Below are positions 12,755 through 25,791 of a stretch of DNA of 64,000 bases, one piece after another. Below the pieces are notes generated by a model. The model was not told the DNA's origin. It ran no database searches and was given only the letters and a program-made list of their open reading frames with translations. Source of the DNA: Phoronis australis (lineage: Eukaryota > Animalia > Phoronida); NCBI GenBank assembly GCA_002633005.1, contig NMRA01000141.1, positions 793,609 to 857,608 on the forward strand. Reading direction: 5' to 3'. Each line of letters opens with the position of its first letter. Position 1 is the first letter of the stretch. Both the position numbers and the translations under genes were made by a program.

Positions 12755-15700
12755 TGTAGCGTCAGTTGTTGCGGAAATGGGAAGTGAAAGTTTTACTCCC
12801 TGGGCTGCGCATGGTATTGTTTAGGAGTTATTGGTTATGGCACCAACTCAGTTGCATGTGTGATGTAAAACACAAAATTAGGGGACTAGGGGTGCGTTCA
12901 AGCCCAGTGTCTTACAAATTTGTTGATTTCACGCTTGAGTAACGCAAGATTTTGTGAGTAAGTACAATTTTACAAGCCAAATGGATTGAAACTCTGGCAA
13001 CTGCTATTGTTGGATGGCTGAATAGAACTGAGTTTTGTATGTATAAGTTATGTAAACTGAGCAACTTATGTGTATGATCAATGTCTCTCAACCAATTAGA
13101 TTTTGTTGCTTGTCCTTCACGAGTGACCAGCCCGAGAATTTGGCAAGAAGTGCAAAGTACATCAATAATGGATACGCAATGTATTGTTATTTCCTTGATT
13201 ATCAGTTGAGGAATGGCTGATGTTTTGAGAGTTAGATCAGTCATGCGATGAATTTTTTGTACCTCCATGAGAGAGGATGTTCAATCTAAGATGAGCCAAT
13301 TGAGTCTCGTATGGTTTTGATTTTGTGACCTGCAGGAGTGACATCTCACCAGTTCTTCATAGTTACTAGCATTTTGCATTTATTTCCTGAAAAAAAATCA
13401 ATGATGCAAGTTAGCTTGGCTGGTCTCGTAAGAGCTTTTAATTATGTTGATTGGATGTATTAAACAAGTGCCTAATCCCATTATCTATGCATGTGAAGTT
13501 GCTGTTAGAAATCGTGTCAATTGAAAGCAGTCTGGAGGCAGAACAAACTAATGCAACCATTATCATCAGGCCGAGTGTTATTGAAGTTTTAACCATGCAA
13601 AATTTGGCTTATTAATCGTTTTTCAACAATGGAATTGATATCACATCATGGTGCTCTGCTACATTTTTCTTCAGTCAAGGTGCACGTAAATTACACACTT
13701 GTTAGTGTAGATATTTGTGATTATTGTTGGTATTAATTTTAATTTGTGAAAGGTGAACAATCTCTTGTTGGGATTTTTGCTCAGATTTGATATTTTGGTG
13801 CTACATTAAATCTGTATTGTGTGATTGTGGATCACTAGCAGATCATGTGTTGCAGTTGAATTAATGTTTTGTGTTTCTGAAGTCAAGTTGAACTAAGTTT
13901 CACCATGTCTTTGTATGTTTATTAAACTGTTTATTACAACTTTTGTTTATGCTTCTTCAAAAACGATCTTGTAATGGTAATGTATTATTTATATTCAAAC
14001 TAGCTATAGTCGAGAAGTGACTCAGTCAGGTATGGGTGTGGCAAGCATATCGCCACCTGCTTGGCATGAGTGCACTTAGACTTTTATCGTTTGTGAACAA
14101 GTAAAGTGTAGTGCAGCACGCTCCGTCGCTCAGTGAATAGGAAAATATTAGAATGCGGATGAACCAGAACCATTTACGTCTCCTTCAGTGAAGAGAAAAG
14201 TGGACATTTTTCACCCCAAATAAGGCATGGTTCTGCTGAAATTGGCTCATTATTACTCAAAGACTCTAAGGCAAGGGAGTTGTGTACTTTTTGGAGCTAA
14301 AATTCATACGAGATGGGCATTCATAAAGAAAACAACGAGGGCTTAAAAACAAATTTTCCAGATGTCGGGGAGGGGGTTGCATGCTTTCCTGAATGGTCAA
14401 CTGGGTTTACATCAGACTTCGCATGCAATAGTCTAATAAAACAAACAGCTGGTGGTAGACAATGTTGTAAGGGGCATACCATGTACAATAGAGGTGATCT
14501 TAAACAGCAATTCAGGTGTATCCATGGCGCATCTTCTAACTTTCTTATGCAATCATTACGCATGCGTAGTAAGCTGGCTACGCATTACTGACACCAAGGC
14601 TTTCTACAAATACCATTAGAGTACTGCATAGATAAGAGAATATTGAGACCTGACAGTACTGATCATTGAGTGCTGGTGGCCAGCCATAATCAAGTATCTG
14701 TGGGATATCACTGAGCATTTAAGCGACAACATGGTTGCAATGGCGTTCACTTGTAGGCACCTCAGCTACCCCCAATAAGACAAAAACTAGACTCCTAACA
14801 TGAAGTGCCAGTTATTAAATTGATCAAAAGTTGACCAAACAATGAAATAAGTTTATTGATTGGAGAACAAGAGAACAGCTCGTTCGTCAGCACATACTTG
14901 CTTTAGAAGAAGATGTCATCATTTCTTTCCAGAAAATGGTTGGAGAAACAACTTTCCACTGACTTCTAAATCTTTCATTTTCCCCCTGGCTTCAATTTAA
15001 AATTTTGCAGGAACGTCAGTGTAAGCGATAACAAAATTTTCCATTTCTGAGAACAAATGAACAAGTCATGTATTCGTATAATGATACTAAGCCACAAATA
15101 AACAAGCACTGAGATGAACATGCAGCACAAACATTATAAGACAGTAATGTCCGAAAACACTCTTGTTTTTCAAACAAGATATGGTTTTCATTGTATTAAA
15201 TAAGAAGAGAAAATAATAAAAAATTTCACACAAACAGGTTTCACAGATACAGGTATGCGCACGTGTGGAAGGGGAATGCCCTTATTTGGGCAGTACGTCA
15301 TTGCATTGCAATTTATATTGACAATTATCAGTTTTACTCTTGTGCAAGTCATTCATAATGTCAAATTAATCATTGAAGTAAATGCCCACAAGACTTAAAA
15401 ACTTTGTTTCTGAACGGCCATGCTCGACTTGCCACCCCCCTCCAGATTTTTGAGTTTCCCAATTTAAGCGCCCTGGGTATTAACCCACGAGTACGGCAAG
15501 CATGTTAAATTAATTTGAGTGAAAATTACAGAGCACAGTACATGTATCCCCTGATTTCAATAACGCACTACAGAAAAACAGTTCTTTTCAATCCACTAGA
15601 GGGCCACTTTCATAGTAAACAAAATTGAAATCGTACATGTACACCAGTCCTTAAAATTACACTAGGTCCAGGCAGCCATAAAAACATGCCCATGGTACAC

Positions 15701-16552
15701 ATAAGCCTTAGTAAACTGGAGAAGTGCGTGATGACCGAGGGTGAACTTGGGATTTTTTCACCAGGCACAAAGCTAAATGTTATGGAAGGAAGGGGCAGAC
15801 AAGTTCAACGGGTCAATTTCATCAAACTCTGGCTTCTTGTCACTACTAATTTAACTTATGGGTAAACCACTACTTTCGTCTGCGAATCAATGATAATTTT
15901 GTTTCCTCCCCAACCTGGTCGTCAGAAATTTTGCAGGCTTCCCAATGCAAATTATTGTTAATTATCATCTGCTCACATGGACACCTAGGGACACCTAGTG
16001 TCCATGGGCCAAAAGTACACTGGAATGCTGTTTTCAGGGTTATCATGGAAGTTGTCCTTTGAAAATTGTGACATCCTGAATCAGCCAGTTGCTTCATCCC
16101 TTCATTTTCCATTTAAGTTTTGCCACCAGTTTCACCTTTTCTTTCTCCAGTAGCGACAAATGTTACAATTACCCCCAAGTTCTCCTTGGTTGCACAAAGG
16201 CTGCAGTCGTAAGGACGCGAGTATCAGTGATTGACGTTACATGTATTCTTACAAGTACATTTGCAAAACCTCTCAAATGGCAGAAACAAGTGACAAAGCA
16301 ACATCAAAGATGGCTCAGCGGCCTGTTTCATGAACTGTCGAACAGTGATTTAAGATTTAAGTCCAGAACTTAGTATGCTCCACACAACTATTTCAAGCAA
16401 TTCAATCTCACTAGAGCAAGATTATCAGAGAATATACACATAACTACTACATACTGAGACATTTTCTATAAATTATTTCTAGACGGATGCGCTCATAATT
16501 ACTAAACTATTATTCAGAAACTGTGACGTGGGAGCACAAGACCAAATTCTGT

Positions 16553-17767
16553 CTTAAGTCTTGATTACATCACATGAAGCAGACGTCTGATTCCATTCAG
16601 CCTTAAGTCTTGATTACATCACATGAAGCAGACGTCTTTTTCCATTCAGACAAGCCCATAACATTCAATCTACAGCACAAGACTAGTAGCCGATATTTGA
16701 CACTTTCAAACTCTGGATGTTACGTAGGGCCTAGTGTATCATCCTATTTGGGGAATCTCTTCAGTTCATGTGTCAGCCACATGGCACAGCTGAGTAAAGC
16801 TAAAGAACCAGCCTGGTGACTGGCAGCCCATTTGGTTTCCACCATCGTAAGCAGTGTTGTTATGCCAAGTGTGATCTGAAGAAGAATAGTATCATAATAC
16901 ACATTCCACACAATTTCTGAAATCAACATTCAGTAGGTTACACTTTCAAATTGCAAAATGTATTAACTAGAGGCCATGAGGTATGTGTGAATGACTCAAC
17001 TTCTACTGACTGACGATATTCAATAAATGCAACATTTAAGAATGGAGTTTTGTCTCAAGCTAAGTANTGATTACAACTCATGAAGCAGACGTCTGATTAC
17101 ATTCAGCCTTAAGTCTTGATTACATCTCATGAAGCAGACGTCAGATTACATTCAGCCTTAAGTCTTGATTACATCTCATGAAGCAGACGTCTGATTCCAT
17201 TCAGCCTTAAGTCTTGATTACATCACATGAAGCAGACGTCTGGTTCCATTCAGCCTTAAGTCTTGATTACAACTCATGAAGCAGACGTCTGATTACATTC
17301 AGCCTTAAGTCTTGATTACATCACATGAAGCAGACGTCTTTTTCCATTCAGACAAGCCCATAACATTCAATCTACAGCACAGGACTAGTAGCCGATATTT
17401 GACACTTTCAAACTCTGGATGTTACATAGGGCCTAGTGTATCATCCTATTTGGGGAATCTCTTCAGTTCATGTGTCAGCCACATGGCACAGCTGAGTAAA
17501 GCTAAAGAACCAGCCTGGTGACTGGCAGCCCATTTGGTTTCCACCATCGTAAGCAGTGTTGTTATGCCAAGTGTGATCTGAAGAAGAATAGTATCACAAT
17601 ACACATTCCACACAATTTCTGAAATCAACATACAGTAGGTTACACTTTCAAATTGCAAAATGTATTAACTAGAGGCCATGAGGTATGTGTGAATGACTCA
17701 ACTTCTACTGACTGACGATATTCAATAAATGCAACATTTAAGAATGGAGTTTTGTCTCAAGCTAAGT
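16553..17767. repeat. Near-identical duplication of the COX15 terminal exon and flanks across single N17067 (probable uncollapsed allele)
   Basis: 16553-17066 matches ~17255-17767 with about 4 substitutions. The coding exon copies 16744-16875 and 17446-17577 encode the same peptide. Confidence 0.85.
17068..17350. repeat. 49-bp minisatellite in the COX15 3'UTR
   Basis: Unit TTAAGTCTTGATTACATC(T/A)CATGAAGCAGACGTCTGATT(A/C)CATTCAGCC; about 6 copies here and about 2 copies at 16553-16650. Confidence 0.9.
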
Positions 17768-20700
17768 AAAAAGTTTCAGACTCACAAACTACACTTAGTC
17801 TAGACTTTCAGGTGTAAGATTGAATAGGGAATTTGTTTCAAACAAAAATTTTCAGCAGAACAACAGAACAAATTGACAACCAACCTTCCACAATGGGGCT
17901 CATTAACAAAACAACACAAATCACAATACACACATCTTTATACATTACTACAAATAACCCAGAAAAGTTATGATTTGAATGGTAAAAACCACTCGAGTTA
18001 TATCCCGTTCTCTTTTTTGAGGACTAGGAGCCAAAGATGGGTATCATAGCCTCATCAACCTCCCAATGTTTATAAGTGTACAACACCCAGGTACAACACA
18101 GCTCTTATCAGACAATTGAATCAGCAGCGGTTAATGAATAAGAGATCAGGTCATACGATGAATGTTTTCAGTCATCCAGTTGGGTCAGTATAAGAAACAA
18201 TAAATACGTAGCCATATCTACATAGCGTAAGAGATCAGGTCATTATAACCTGTCCTAGCCAAAACTTAGAATGTGGAATAGTTCAGATCAATACCTGTAC
18301 AAAGGCCATTGCCAGCAGACAGTTAACAGCCAGTCGTGCCCTGGGGGGCAGGGGAGCTTTCCGACAAAGCCACCAGAGTGCCAGCACACTGGTGCCTGTG
18401 ATCTCACCCAGAGCACGATGGTTGAACTGCACACACGTTGGGTTCTCGAGCATGTTCTTCCACTTAGGTGACATGGCGAAGAGATCAGAAGGGATCCATC
18501 GGTCAGCAAACTTGGGCCACGTGTTGTAAACGAGACCAGCGTCGAGTCCCGCAACAAAGGCACCTACATAGAATGTTCTGGTTATGTAATACTTGTGGGA
18601 ACACAGTAAATTTCAGTATTGTTCTTTTAAGAAATCGGTAGCTTATTTTACAAGGTACGTACCATAAATAATTACTTTGTTTCGAAAGCAGTCATGTGAA
18701 GGATTTTGCTCGTAAAACACAACTGCAACCGCACATGCATGCATTTTACTTAAAATTTATTTAGTCTGGGAAGACTCTTCAATGCAAAATGCTGGATTCA
18801 CAGAGGACCCTGGCAGAACTTTACACGTACTACCGTATTCGCCGTAATAACCGCCCATGCCCCTATAAGCGCCCCCCCACGCGTTTTCAGACTTTGCTGG
18901 AATAAGCGCCCAGTCCATGAACGTGTACATGCGAACAATGACGTACCTTCAGTTCTAAAACTTGGCTACAGTAACGTCTTCAATTTATCAAAAAAGTTTT
19001 GCACGGGTCTTCTAGACCACCAGCGGCACTGCTACATTTGTATTTAGCCGTGACAATACACTTCAAAGTAACACAGCGCTTCAAAAAGAACGCAACAGCG
19101 TTGCTACTTTCGCGACGACCGTGTCCCACTATGGTCTGACCTCACAGTACACATCGACTGTCTCATGAATAAAAATAACTCGGTGTTGAACGCACGTGGC
19201 CAGAAAGCGCGCGCTACATATATGAACCTAGCTGTCATCAAAGACATTAGTCGAGAACTATCCATTCATGAAACGGGTAGCATAGCATCGGTAAGAAATG
19301 AATATTGGCCCTAATTTCCGACAATTTCTAATACTATAAAACATGTTTGCGTTATTTTTTAGATGGATTGTTTGATTAACCATAATTGGTGTTTTTAAGC
19401 CGAATATCGAATAAAACGACAACCGACAGCGAATGCTTACACACCCTTACACCGAAAAATAACTGTCAGAACAGTTACGTACGCATCCAGCTACACGGCG
19501 ACTAATATGGGCCTTACCGAAACAAATGTCGAACGTTTTTAGCACGAGACCGACAAGTGCTGAATGAAACACGCTCTGGTTTAGGCCTACTGCTTGTGCA
19601 AATTTCTTTAGACACAATGCACATCTAGCTCGTTAGATTGCGTGGCTCTGGCCAAAAGACGGTCTCTGCTTTGTCAAATGAACTCTGGTTACACGCACGC
19701 GCTCGCTTACTCGCAGACGAACTTCAAAACAAACGTCACGTGACAACAACATGTGTGTTCGTCCAGACATTTTTCTCGCCGTGTTGCCGATCATACATGT
19801 AGATGGCACGATGTTGCGCAGATTTGTACTTAAAACTGCCGTAAATCTAGACTCCACGGGAACTTAAAAAAGTCATAGGGACGCTACTTAGAAAACTTAA
19901 TGAGGATTTCAGGTAATTTGCTTGAGTCGAAACTATTTTTATTCAAGCATTGAAGTCGCCATATCGAAGACGGCGATTTTGAGGCAGTCAGTCGGCGAGT
20001 TTTCGCCCTGGGATTCCCCTGAGCACGATTTTCTGTAAAATGATCGTAATTTAGCAGCTAAGTTTGATAGCAATGCACCACAGTTTTGTTGGAAGTCTTT
20101 CATAGATTACAGATACGTCAAAGAACGTAAATTTGATGAATCTTAGCTTCCGATTTCACCCGTTTCGGAGACCGGGTTTCAACCGCCTTGGATTATAATA
20201 AGCGCCCCCCTTAAACCGAACTTTTCTAAGCGTCCTGGGCGGTTATTACGGCGAATACGGTAGTTATATTATAAAACAACAAATTAAAGAAGTATAAACC
20301 ATCCTTTATTGTCTAAGCCCCTAACAAGGAACATCAAACGTGCTTAGGAGAATATGTCACAGCATGGGGAAGAATCAAGAACAACTCACCAGATACCAAA
20401 GTAAGAAAGGTCAGTGCCTTCACTCCATGTGCCATGCCACGGATCATGGGCAGCTTGTGGAGATGTGCTACCTGAGATAAAGAATGATCACTTGTCTAAA
20501 TGAACATGATTTGATATAAAGTACTATGATTATATTGTGCTATTACACATCGACGTTCAAAAGTCAACTCTTACACAGAGGAGGATTTGTACAGACAGCC
20601 TTAGGAATCTATAAGTAACAGCTCCAGGAATACTACAGCACCCTCTCTGACTCTGCAGTATTCACTTACAATGCTGTGCACCAATGGGTCACTTGCCCCA

Positions 20701-23700
20701 CAGTTGTAAAAAGCTGCAATACTAATCTTTATTTTCCATCAAAATTAGCATGCCGTTTTTCAATCCAATGGGAATAAAGCTTCACTGATGCATAGTAAGT
20801 CGCAAAGCATACAAAAATTGAAAAGCTGAGAGAGGTTCCACAAAGCATTCTTCAACTGTCCCACTCAAAAGCATGTTAGCGGCCTTAGAGTTTTAAAACC
20901 AGGCCTGTCGTACAATGCCTTTTTGTACCCCTCCATAAGAAGAGAGATGGTTTCAGGATGTGAGAAGTGAACTGGTGGAAGAACATAAAAAAATTCTCAT
21001 TGCTCACTCAAGATATACAGATTTTCCAACTAGTCCCATTTTCAAAGTTGTTGCAGGCAAGCTATAACCACCAATTTACCACAATGAGTCAGGTTATGTA
21101 TAAATTTACCAGGACTATAGAAATGCACTTTCTTTGATAACTCAACTCCTAAGGAATCATGCAAGGCATGCAACCAACATCATCCCCACATTCAACATTC
21201 ACTAACTTTATCTCCAGTCTTATATAATCAGAGTGAATTCAAATTCGCACACTCGATGTCATATGTGAGTACTCAACCAACACAGGTTGCCCTCATCTTG
21301 ATGTAAATTTATTTTAACCACCAGAGCTTTCATGAACGAATAAAGTGTCTTCACCTACCGACTGAGGGGGTAACATGTGACTGAAAGCACTCCACAGAAA
21401 CAGTGAATACAATAAGGCAGCTGTGCTGAGATGAGCTGCCAATCTGTATTGACTAACACGAGGAACGTCCACCTCAGGGTTAACCTCTAAACCACTTTTG
21501 ACCATATACCAGCCAAGGAGGCCCTGAAAGTAATAAATTAGCAAAATGGAACGGTGCAATTTCTCATTTCCTGGTTGTCCCTAGTAAACTTTAAAACTAC
21601 TTTGTACCAAACCTCACTTATCATAATCAAGACCGTCACTAATGAGAACTTAACATTACCTTTGGATCGATGCATGATTTGTGATGGAGCTGCACCAAGT
21701 ATATTTATCAACTAGGATATCTACATGATTGATACAAAACACACTAAAGCACCACAACAAAACATGCCTACTGGCAGGTTTTTACAACTGAGTGTCCCGA
21801 AACAAATGTTTCACTTATTGATTTGTTATATCCCCATGATTAATTCACCAACATTCATAAAATTTGGCGGAGAGTTACCTTAATCTTTTTCTAGCCACTT
21901 TACAAAAATTCAAAAGGCAGATGTTCACCATTGTACAATTATTGACAATTTCACAAAACTGCAAAATAGTTGTGCAAGACTGACCTCCTACTTGTATCAT
22001 TCGTGTAAAAAAGCATATTTGGTTGTGGTCTGTGCCCACACTCATTTTGAAACCTGTGTCTCACTGCTTAGGAAAAAAGCCTCTCCCCAACCCGCACCTC
22101 ACTACTGAAGAGGAAGGAGGCTAAGTGGCAGTTTTTCAGTATGTCGTTATTTACACTATTCCTAGTGGTTTTCTTTAATAGTTGACTTTCTTAATAGAAA
22201 CAGATGGAGTTGTTTTGTGCCAATTCTTGTTGTTATTGAACATTCAATTAATCACATAAAATGGAAATTCAAGGACACACTGTTTTGGAAAACCCCATAT
22301 ATACAAAAACATGCAGGTTTTGACTGATTTAAGCTATCTTTAAAACCTAAACAAATGCCTCAGATCACCCCAAAATTATGAATTAAAAATGACTCATCAA
22401 AATGCAGACATAGTGTAAAACAATTAAAAATGAGCATGAATGCATTAAGTGAACTTTTAACGACATTAAAGGAAATCGTTTGCTTTATGTTACGTTTTGA
22501 AATCATACCTGGAAACCAATTAAACTACCAAATATGAGAACCCTTGGTTTCAGGGTTTTGGACAGCCAGCCCTTCTGCCAGAAATACAGAGCTGGAAGTG
22601 CAAAGACCAACCCCACAGCCCGGCCCCACATTCTGTGACCGTACTCCATGTGGAAGATGAATTTGAAATCTTTTAGCGTCATGTCATGTCCATTGCTGAA
22701 AAGGCAAAGTTTAACCACTCAATATCACAGAAATTGCTGTATTATTTGTTTGGTTTGCATTGAACTAAAAGAATACAGTCTGCAAAACTAACAGGATTGT
22801 AAAATATGTCTGCCAACATCATATCCTTAATTAGGAAAAGTATCTTAACTATTGAAAATCTGTGGACTCGCGTCAACACGCAGAGTGATTTTATGCCACA
22901 GGTAACAAAAGTATAAAAACGTTATCCCTATAGCTCAATCCTTACACTTGGAACTCAGGAAACTGTTTGTATTTCTCAAATTCCGCAATCCACTCTTCTT
23001 CTGTTTTGGGAGGTCTTCTGCCCAGGAGTTTCCAGTCAACCATGGAAAGACCAGATTCTGTTAACCTAAAAACAGTTTAACGTACAAGATTCAAATACTA
23101 ATGTTACAGCTAGTAGATCTGGTAGCTGTGACCAAGGTTACTGTCACAAGCTGAAACTGCAAGAGATACGAACATTTCAGTTCTGAGTCAAGAAACTGTC
23201 CAATCACTCTGACTACCAAGGTTCAGCTTCATGAGCCATCTAATCACTGATAATAATCAACATATTTACAGTAAGTATGATTCAAACTCTTCATTTTAAG
23301 TTGAGGTCATTATCAGTCAGATTTTCATCTCACTCAGACGAAGTTCCACTATTCAGTAGGTCTAGTTTGTGCACACTCGACATACAAACCTTGTGACTCC
23401 CCCAAGTACCACTGCACCAAACACCATTCCAGCACACGTGACTAGCCATCGGCCGACCCATTTGCGAGCATGGGGAGGAATGTTTTCTACTTCCACATAG
23501 CCCAGTTTCAGCGTTGCGTTCTCAGCACTAGACGTCGTCTGCCGGACAAACTGTGACAGTGCTGACTGCTTCTGCAATGTAAAAATATGTACAGGTGATA
23601 TCCATACGCAATGTCAGTCTAATAAGCCATCATGCTTCAACTCAATTTTGCCAATGTAATTTCTTTTAATTCTTCAGATATGAAACATGTTTTGTATCTC

Positions 23701-25377
23701 ACATTGGGGCTAGCGCATGGGCTTTAATATGTAACTATATGGTGTAAGAATAGCGAAAAGTTACATGATAAGGACCGTCGTGTTTCCAAATCTGGACACA
23801 GGTAACTAAGAAAGATGAATACAAATAATTTTGAAACACAAGCACTTACAGAATTCTTAAGTACACCTTTCTTGTTGAAACATCTCAAGAATTGACGAGC
23901 AAATGTCTGCGAACTGGTGGTGAATTTGTGAACTTGTGTCTTCAGTGTAGAAGGGGAACAACTTTGACACTGTAATGGAAATGAACACATGAAGGATTTT
24001 CTTGGGTACTCAATGGGTTGTCCATGAATTACATGACTTGTCTGTCAGGTGTCACTAGGCCTGGTAAGATGAATACAATAAATTTAATAACTGGCCACTA
24101 GGGCTATCTCCTGATTACCTAAAACAGGTCCTAAGGGTAAGACTTGAACTAACAAAGTTTGCCATCCAAAAGTAAGAGGATTTGAACTGACCAGCATGTA
24201 TTGAAACAATCAAAAGTAGTAAGGTCAGTTCGGCTAGATTTCAGCTTGTATTATCGCGGACATATACCATCCTGGAGACAACGTCTGGGAGGAAAACTTG
24301 GAATTCGAATATCTCTGCAAAATTTTCGTTAACATGAAAATGTGAGTATAATAGAGTAGTCAATTCCTAATTCATATATTGGTGTTTTTTTTAATGGATC
24401 CCAAAAGACTGAATGCATGTTATTGCAGGTATATTCCATTCAGGAGGACTTGCACAATGTATGGACGACGTCATCCATACATTGCGCAGATCCATACATT
24501 GTGCAGAACAGTAACAAGTAATAGAGTCAACTCTATATTTTTGCGAGTGCTGTATCTTAAATGTACATTCTTGCAAGTCTCTCTGGTAGATCCAAGTTCT
24601 GCGTACGTAAAAAACGACTGATCACAATGATAGTGTCTGTTTTGGAGCTGACTGTGTGCTATTCAAAGAAATGAACTGAACAGCTGAAGGCAGCAATGAT
24701 GTCCCAACTGGCAGTAGAGATGGTGACCATGAATCTCATAGGCCCTCCATATGCCAGAAGCTTTTCGTCAAATTAAGCCTCACACCAATATGATGTAATA
24801 TCCCCTGAGCAGTGTAAAAATGGCCAGCTGCCGATTTGAGCAACTGAAGGAAGGACTTTTACGAAAAGTTAGTTTGCGGGAGTATTTGTTAGAGTTGGAA
24901 GGAATTGAAGACATCTCAAAGGCCTCCTAAGGCATCCCTCTATGCGCGAAAGGTTCCTTAGCCTATCGCATCACAACTGTTGTGGCTAAATCAGTGAGAA
25001 ACATAGACTAAGAGTTCACCGAAAAACTACTGGCATGTGGAGGGCCTACGTCTATGAAATGGCCACCGTCTCTACTGCCAGTAGAAACGGTGACTGTCTA
25101 CAATGACGTTAGACAGTGACCACCTTCTCTAGCTGGCCTTGCCTACTGCCGTACAAGGGCCAGCTAGAGACTGTGGTCACCGCAAGTGCAATGACGTCTG
25201 ACAGTGACTGATACTTGAAGTTGAGTCTTGATGTTTAGAAAATTAGGCCTACCAGTCACATACCCCAGTCAAACAGTAGCCTACCCTCACTCAAATCACC
25301 TTGTTTACCGACAGCGAACCACATCGCAGCAAACTTCGCCAGCAGTGGCTTCCTGGACTAAAAATCCTGGCGTACAT
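17446..25377 (-). CDS. COX15: Heme A synthase COX15, ~444 aa
   Basis: Exons 25377-25300 ([26 protein letters not shown], presequence-like; donor could be 25309), 23969-23850, 23571-23390, 23065-22946, 22695-22509, 21523-21359, 20471-20390, 18563-18295, 17577-17446 (1335 nt, in frame). Motifs [70 protein letters not shown]. Confidence 0.96.
18833..20260. mobile_element. Non-autonomous Tc1/mariner-superfamily (Tc2/pogo-like) element, 1428 bp, in a COX15 intron
   Basis: Perfect TIR CCGTATTCGCCGTAATAACCGCCCA at both ends, TA target duplication (18831-32, 20261-62), subterminal ATAAGCGCCC repeats. No transposase ORF. Confidence 0.85.
24700..25210. mobile_element. Cluster of TAGACAGTG-family MITE fragments in COX15 intron 1
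   Basis: Repeated GGCCACCGTCTCTACTGCCAG / TAGACAGTGACCACC / GGGCCAGCTAGAGA motifs in both orientations; homologous to 7824-8018 and the termini at 51751 and 54960. Confidence 0.55.
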
Positions 25378-25791
25378 TTGTCAAATTGTCTTTACTGCAA
25401 GCTTACATAAATTTCATAGCAGTTCGCATACATCGGGAACACTCCGATGGCACGCACAGATCAGGAAATATTTATGGAGGTTATAAATCAGATAATGTAA
25501 CCAAAAAATTTAATCCTAAGCTTCATGATAATTGTTAAAAACTTTCTTCACTTATAAAATAAAATAAAAAATGTAAAACTAAACGAAAATTGGAAGACTA
25601 ATTCCAGAATATTTCAACAAATCTAACATTTCATATCAATTTCCAGTTTTGAGCTGCTCTCCATAAAATATCCGAATACTTCCGTCTTTGTGACCCAATT
25701 TTATATGGGTCATGTTGAAGCATGAAAACCGTTGTTGAAAGGGTAGGAAATCGTGATTTTTTCTCAAGTAAATGTTCATCGCAAGTGCCCG
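25378..25791. promoter_or_regulatory. Bidirectional promoter, COX15 / CUTC
   Basis: Only 414 bp separate the two divergent start codons (25377 -, 25792 +). Confidence 0.75.

Noticed and set aside
17068-17350. 49-bp repeats as a CRISPR array
   Set aside because: The units are head-to-tail with no unique spacers, there are no cas genes, and the context is a eukaryotic 3'UTR. It is a minisatellite.
18138-18245. Possible intronic snoRNA between 16-bp direct repeats (TAAGAGATCAGGTCAT)
   Set aside because: No canonical C box with a terminal stem on the sense strand; more likely a small local duplication.
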